Assembly: GCA_021294815.2 (NCBI GenBank)
Contig: CP095464.1
Coordinates: 390,001-422,000 of the forward strand
Length of the DNA: 32,000 nucleotides
Direction of reading: 5' to 3'
DNA from: Verrucomicrobiota bacterium
Lineage (GTDB): Bacteria; Verrucomicrobiota; Verrucomicrobiia; Opitutales; LL51
The stretch's first letter is position 1; each line of letters opens with the position of its first letter. Made by a program: the position numbers and the translations under genes. A model generated the notes under the pieces. It was not told where the DNA came from and ran no database searches. It saw only the letters and a list, made by a program, of their open reading frames with translations. Below are positions 27,399 to 32,000 of this stretch, one piece after another.

Positions 27399-28295
27399 AT
27401 GGGGAAGGAGGTCCAGTTTTTCAACCGATATACGCAAAAACTCGAACAAGAGCAAGTGTACGGCGAGGCCTTTCTTCGATTTCTCTATAGCTCTGCGGTT
27501 GGAAAGTTAGCCCTAAATCAGGTTGTTAAACGCAAGGCAGTTTCGGATCTCTATGGCTGGCTCATGCGATGGCCTTCGTCGAAAAAGAAGATTAAGCCGT
27601 TTGTCGAAAAGTATCAGATTGATACGTCAATGTGCGTAAAACAGCTTAACGAATTTACCTCCTTCAATGACTTCTTTACGCGACAGCTAAAGATCAACGC
27701 CCGGCCGATTGCCGTAGGGCCACAAAAAGTCGTATTCCCCGCCGATGGGCGTCACCTCTATATTCCAAATCTATCGAAACTCCCAAGCTTTTTTGTTAAA
27801 GGCCAGCAACTCACCCTCAAAACCCTCCTCCAAAACGAGAAGCTGGCACAGAAATTTAAAGATGGCGTTATGGTGATTTCCCGGTTAGCTCCGGTCGATT
27901 ATCACCGCTTTCACTTTCCGTGTAACTCCCGTATTCAGCGTATCTATTTGATTAAAGGGGACTACAAGTCAGTCAACCCGATCGCGACCCGAGAACGGAT
28001 TGCAATTCTATGCGAAAATAAGCGAATTGTTTCGGTACTTCAATCGGAGGATCTCGGCCCATTTCTCATGGTCGAAGTCGGCGCCACGTGCGTCGGGAGT
28101 ATTACCCAAACTGCAGAAGTCGGCCGGATTTACTATAAAGGAGAAGAAAAAGGGTTCTTCAGTTTCGGAGGCTCAACGGTTATAACCATTTTCCAAAAAA
28201 ATAAGATACGTTTCGCGGAAGATCTTTGTGAAAATTCTGGCAACGGAATTGAACTCTATGCCCTGATGGGCGATGGTATGGGAATAAGAATATGA
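27399..28295 (+). CDS. psd: phosphatidylserine decarboxylase proenzyme
   Basis: FNRYTQKLEQEQVYGEAFLRFLY, DYHRFHFP, and the self-cleavage motif FSFGGSTVI (GS-T). Confidence 0.92.
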   Translation: MGKEVQFFNRYTQKLEQEQVYGEAFLRFLYSSAVGKLALNQVVKRKAVSDLYGWLMRWPSSKKKIKPFVEKYQIDTSMCVKQLNEFTSFNDFFTRQLKINARPIAVGPQKVVFPADGRHLYIPNLSKLPSFFVKGQQLTLKTLLQNEKLAQKFKDGVMVISRLAPVDYHRFHFPCNSRIQRIYLIKGDYKSVNPIATRERIAILCENKRIVSVLQSEDLGPFLMVEVGATCVGSITQTAEVGRIYYKGEEKGFFSFGGSTVITIFQKNKIRFAEDLCENSGNGIELYALMGDGMGIRI

Positions 28296-28783
28296 AACGA
28301 CTCTATATCGTAAGGAATGCTCATGCGGCGGTCGGTGCGATCGACCGTGAGCGGGAATTGGATGAGCAGGGTAAACGAGAACTCGCGTCGATTGGAACGC
28401 AAATGGTCGCCCGTGGAATGCGCCCGAGTATCATCTTAACCAGCGGCGCTCGGCGGGCAATCGATACCGCGAAACATATCCGTGAGGTCTTTGGGCTATT
28501 GGTAAATGTCATCGATATCCGTGAGGAACTCTACACTGCGGACCTTGAAAAAATCCGCGAAATTCTCCAACTTTTACCGGATGAAAAGAATTCGGTCATG
28601 ATTATCGCTCACAACGATGGTGTCACAAAACTCCTCGAATCCATTACGGATGGGGATTACAAGGACTTTCCCAATGCCGGTATGGCGGTGATCGAACTCC
28701 GCCTCCGTCACTGGAATGAACTTGAATCCAGCAGCGGCCGAGAGATCGCGTTTCTCCGCCCTGAACTCGCTGAGGCGGTCTGA
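28292..28783 (+). CDS. SixA-like histidine-phosphatase-superfamily protein with an atypical active-site motif
   Basis: The fold pattern is LYIVRNAHA....E..L...G, LTSGARRAIDTA, IIAHNDGV. Its start overlaps the psd stop (ATGA at 28292-28295), suggesting translational coupling. The expected RH(G/A) reads RNAHA. Confidence 0.7.
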   Translation: MKRLYIVRNAHAAVGAIDRERELDEQGKRELASIGTQMVARGMRPSIILTSGARRAIDTAKHIREVFGLLVNVIDIREELYTADLEKIREILQLLPDEKNSVMIIAHNDGVTKLLESITDGDYKDFPNAGMAVIELRLRHWNELESSSGREIAFLRPELAEAV

Positions 28784-28897
28784 CGCTGCTGTATCAGTAC
28801 TGGTAATGGCTCCAAAATTTCGATCGAATATGGTGGGAGGAAGGAAACCCCTTCATCTAAGGGCTGGATTGGTTAAAATGGGAAAACTTCAGGAACG

Positions 28898-29449
28898 ATG
28901 AGTACCGCATGTGTATTACTATTTGACGGTTTCGAGGAGATTGAAGCCGTCAGTACCATCGATGTCTTACGGCGTGGTGGGATTGAGGTGATGACTGCCT
29001 CGCTTGCCGCGCCAATGGTGACTGGTGCGCATCAACTAGCGCTCAAAGCGGAGACATCGATCGAAGATCTTCAAATCGGAAAATCTCGAGCGCTTTTCGA
29101 TGCGTTGATTATTCCAGGTGGCCCTGGGATACTCCAATGGCGCCATAACCCCGTGGTCTCGGAGCTTATCCGACAATACTATCAGGCAAGCCATCTCGTC
29201 GCTGCGATTTGCGCTGCTCCGATCTTACTGTATGATCTCGGCATTTTAGAGAAACACCGCTACACGGCGCACTTTTCTATGGAGGAGCTCACCCCTCACG
29301 CACGCCTCCATGAACTCGTGGTCACTGACGGCAATATTATTACTGGTTGTGGTCCAGCAGCGGGGATCCCCTTCGGTCTCGCGATTCTCCGCTATCTTAC
29401 CAACGCCGAGGTCGTCAAAAAGGTCGCACACGGCATGATGGTTCCGTAA
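28898..29449 (+). CDS. DJ-1/PfpI (ThiJ/YajL-like) family protein
   Basis: VLLFDGFEEIEAV..IDVLRR, IIPGGPG, and the nucleophile-elbow cysteine motif AAICAAPILL. Confidence 0.88.
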   Translation: MSTACVLLFDGFEEIEAVSTIDVLRRGGIEVMTASLAAPMVTGAHQLALKAETSIEDLQIGKSRALFDALIIPGGPGILQWRHNPVVSELIRQYYQASHLVAAICAAPILLYDLGILEKHRYTAHFSMEELTPHARLHELVVTDGNIITGCGPAAGIPFGLAILRYLTNAEVVKKVAHGMMVP

Positions 29450-29536
29450 AACTCTTGCCTCAGTTAACCGGGACTTCTTTTATATTTTTGATCTTTTTTA
29501 TTTTCTTTTTGAAAAATCGTCTATCCTGAAGAGCCT

Positions 29537-30136
29537 ATGGAAGCAATCGGAAACTTTTTTTCCGGCTTATGGAGTTTGGAATGGTGGAAAGCGCTCGCTC
29601 AGAGCATTACGGACCACCCCATTTTTAAGTGGCTGGCAATCATCGCCATAGCGACTTTCGCGATCCATCTCTTGTTTTTCATTTTACGGCTATTGGGTTT
29701 CCGTCGCGCAACAGTCCTTCGGATTCACACTGATAACCACGGGATTGTTTACCTCAAGCAATCGGCGCTCAAAAATTTTATCAAAAAGATCTGTCGGCAG
29801 GTTGTCCCCCAGGCCAAGGCTCGCGTCGACTGCGTTTCGCGTTTCCGAAAGATCCGGATTAAAGTCACACTTTCGTGTCCTCATGATGCGCAACCCGTCA
29901 GCCTTCACATCCAACAGGCCATCGCACAAGTCCTAAAACACGAAATCGGGATTAGCAATCTCGGACGCATTGATGTCGTCGTCAGCCATATTTTTGGCCC
30001 AGTCCAACGCAATTTTCTGGGTACAGGAGCACCGCAATTCCAGGAGTCCTCAACCGAAACTCGTGGGTCCATAAACCACGTTCTATCAAATTTGCGTGAG
30101 GCGCGGGAAGCCGAGTCGGTGCCACCAGAGTTATAA
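29537..30136 (+). CDS. membrane-anchored Asp23/Gls24-like (AmaP-like) protein
   Basis: One N-terminal TM helix (WLAIIAIATFAIHLLFFILRLLGF). An Asp23-like pattern follows: GIVYLKQSALKNFIKKI...V.V......IKV.L.....QPV..L...IQQAIAQVLKHEIGISNLGRIDVVV.HI. The assignment rests on pattern only. Confidence 0.55.
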   Translation: MEAIGNFFSGLWSLEWWKALAQSITDHPIFKWLAIIAIATFAIHLLFFILRLLGFRRATVLRIHTDNHGIVYLKQSALKNFIKKICRQVVPQAKARVDCVSRFRKIRIKVTLSCPHDAQPVSLHIQQAIAQVLKHEIGISNLGRIDVVVSHIFGPVQRNFLGTGAPQFQESSTETRGSINHVLSNLREAREAESVPPEL

Positions 30137-30139
30137 CGG

Positions 30140-30158
30140 GAGCGGTCCTAGACCGCTC
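30140..30158. terminator. Perfect 8-bp hairpin packed between two convergent stop codons
   Basis: GAGCGGTC-CTA-GACCGCTC. It sits 3 nt after the TAA at 30134-30136 and 3 nt before the ruvC stop at 30162-30164. TTTC follows. Confidence 0.55.
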
Positions 30159-30161
30159 TTT

Positions 30162-30806
30162 CTAAGAAACAGGCGTCCCGATATTCCACAGACAACACAG
30201 CGCGGCAGCGGCGGCATCGGTCTCGTCAAACCCGACTTCAAGCGAAGTTTTCAGAATCCCCTGCACCATCCGCGACACCTGTTCCTTCGAGGCCCGACCA
30301 TACCCACACACGGCCTGCTTGATCCGCAGCGGCGCGTATTCATAGAGCGGCTTCTCTGCGAGCGCAACGGCTGACAAAATCGCTCCACGTGCAATTCCCA
30401 TTATCTGCGCCGTTTGGAAGTTCTGGACATAAATTGTCTGCTCCGCCGCGCATACATCGGGCTGGTACTTATTAAGAATCTCCGCCACTCCTTTATGGAT
30501 TTTCCCTGTACAGGACAGCAAATTCTCTTTTGCGGGGATTTTTAAGGTTTGGGAATAAACCAGTGCGATCCGGTGATCCTCAAAAACTTCTAAAACTGCC
30601 AAACCAGTTCCCCGCAAGCTAGGATCAATACCTAAAATTCGCCCCTGAAATGCGTGGTTTTGTGTTTTTTCCCTCAGCGCCTGCTCCCAATCGGAGCTCA
30701 CCAACCGTCGCTTCGACGATCGTTTTATCGTGCGCACCGCGCCACCGGTACATAGCGCCCTTGTCCATAATCCCCTTCGACTCCGAGCACTACACACAGC
30801 AACCAA
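30162..30806 (-). CDS. ruvC: crossover junction endodeoxyribonuclease RuvC
   Basis: RILGIDPSLRGTGLAVLE (catalytic Asp), CAAEQTIYVQNFQTAQIMGIARG, EYAPLRIKQAVCGYGRASKEQV, and DETDAAAAALC. The ORF has an Arg-rich N-terminal extension of about 35-55 aa with no RuvC counterpart. The true start may be the GTG at 30701, giving 179 aa. Confidence 0.9.
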   Translation of the reverse strand: MVAVCSARSRRGLWTRALCTGGAVRTIKRSSKRRLVSSDWEQALREKTQNHAFQGRILGIDPSLRGTGLAVLEVFEDHRIALVYSQTLKIPAKENLLSCTGKIHKGVAEILNKYQPDVCAAEQTIYVQNFQTAQIMGIARGAILSAVALAEKPLYEYAPLRIKQAVCGYGRASKEQVSRMVQGILKTSLEVGFDETDAAAAALCCLWNIGTPVS

Positions 30807-30880
30807 TAAAAAAACGCCCCTCCCTCAGGCAAGAAGGAAGGGGAAATTTATGGTTAGACAACCACTTTATCTATTAACGG

Positions 30881-31837
30881 TTACTGATCGATATCCCCGG
30901 CAATTTCTTGCAAACGCCCAATCGAATCATTCAGATCCCACTTATTGCTGTCACTTTGAGTTTTTTCGAGTCCTTGTAATTTTTCAACAACCTCCTGAAT
31001 CCAGCTTTTGATCGCATGGTTACATGCTTTCTCGTCCTTCAAAAGCCCAGAAAGATCGAACCCAACCTGTGAACCATTTACCGTCAATGCCTCATCTGAA
31101 GCTAATATCGTACAAAAATTATCAACAACCCCGGTTAAGTGCTGCAGTTGTTTGCTGCTAGAGGCCTTCTTTATGGCAAAATTTATATCCTTGTACTTAT
31201 TGGGAAGCGAGCTAAACATCCCTTCGGTATCGAAAACTCGCCGCACACAATCTTTAAATGCCAGAAAGGATTCGAGAGAACTACATGAATCATGGACACC
31301 CTGATCCCGTAGACCCAAACGCATCAATAAAGAAACCAAAGTTGCGTCACAGGAGCGTACAGTCTCCGCAACCTTGGCTAGCCTATTTTTCCATTCCGTC
31401 GTGAGTTCCAGAATCTTTTCATTGCATTGCTCGAACTGACTCTGCAGTTTTGCCCGTTCTTCCGCGATTTCCTGTTGGTTTTGCTGGGCCTCATGTTCCC
31501 ACTGGTTTCGTTTTCTCTTGGCTACTAGGTAAAGCGATTTGGAGAATTTTAGCTTCCGACCTATGCGCGCCTTTTTGAATCCACCCGCCTGGAGGTGCTC
31601 ATTAACCAGAGTGCGCTTTTGGGCGTCGTCAATGCGATACTGGCTGGCCCATTGTTGAACCTTTTTAGTATTCTTGAGGAGTTTCTTTATCTCTTTCGCA
31701 TCCCAAGAATCGAAATTCTGATACTTACTGGCATATACCTCTAACGCCAGCAGCTTATTGAGCTCTTCATCGCTAATGGTATAGTTCCCAACAGGGATAT
31801 CGGAAGTTTCAATGTAATGATCAATGCTAATGTTCAT
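30881..31837 (-). CDS. hypothetical coiled-coil protein (318 aa)
   Basis: Long ORF behind an AT-rich, Shine-Dalgarno-less upstream region. The central part is Q/E/K-rich and coiled-coil-like. The N-terminal IETSDIPVGNYTIS resembles the P-family TSETIQAGNYTF block. Confidence 0.7.
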   Translation of the reverse strand: MNISIDHYIETSDIPVGNYTISDEELNKLLALEVYASKYQNFDSWDAKEIKKLLKNTKKVQQWASQYRIDDAQKRTLVNEHLQAGGFKKARIGRKLKFSKSLYLVAKRKRNQWEHEAQQNQQEIAEERAKLQSQFEQCNEKILELTTEWKNRLAKVAETVRSCDATLVSLLMRLGLRDQGVHDSCSSLESFLAFKDCVRRVFDTEGMFSSLPNKYKDINFAIKKASSSKQLQHLTGVVDNFCTILASDEALTVNGSQVGFDLSGLLKDEKACNHAIKSWIQEVVEKLQGLEKTQSDSNKWDLNDSIGRLQEIAGDIDQ

Positions 31838-32000
31838 GGAGTAAGCATAACATTTTTACATATTTTGTAAATAAATTATTTAAACTCTAGCGGCATTTAT
31901 TGATAAAATTTTCAACAACTTACATACAGAAATTGCTCTTGCTGGGGACTGCCAGGCCCCCAATAATCACTTCTCCTGGGCTTCCTTTGCCTCCTTAATT

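Noticed and set aside
27274-28901. ORFs 27274..27510, 28000..28185 and 28716..28901 as separate small genes.
   Set aside because: They overlap the psd, SixA-like or DJ-1 genes or their short intergenic spacers in other frames. They have atypical composition and no supporting signal.
31967-32000. A possible 3' end of a minus-strand gene entering from the right edge (..IKEAKEAQEK* with its stop at 31967-31969).
   Set aside because: Only 11 codons are visible, which is too short to support a feature call.

Overview
The window is a bacterial chromosome segment of moderate GC with very AT-rich intergenic regions. It mixes housekeeping genes with many orphan genes. I could not identify the organism. 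Two Sec-signal ankyrin-repeat proteins and the number of orphan, Shine-Dalgarno-less genes suggest a host-associated lifestyle, but that is inference only.

Layout:
- 1-10.4 kb: a head-to-tail array of four paralogous orphan repeat-protein genes, labelled P1-P4 here as an ad hoc name. P3 is fully intact. P2 is intact for 849 aa with a decayed tail. P1 and P4 are multiply disrupted. The array ends at the tmRNA gene ssrA (10006-10387).
- The junctions after P2 and P3 each carry a truncated copy of the ssrA 5' end (5969-6075 and 8072-8220). These copies are far better conserved than the genes around them.
- 10.5-14.4 kb, directly downstream of ssrA: a tandemly duplicated two-gene cassette. Each copy encodes a small Sec-signal protein and a Sec-signal ComEC-type metallo-beta-lactamase-fold hydrolase.
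- 14.5-16.6 kb: two paralogous secreted ankyrin-repeat proteins.
- 16.7-31.9 kb: glyA, PFOR (nifJ-type), a sugar nucleotidyltransferase, psd, a SixA-like phosphatase, a DJ-1/PfpI protein, an Asp23-like membrane protein and ruvC. Orphan genes of 355, 927, 227 and 318 aa are interspersed.

A palindromic TTTATAAA box lies 8-15 nt upstream of the start codons of five orphan genes. No rRNA, tRNA, CRISPR array, transposase or integrase was found.
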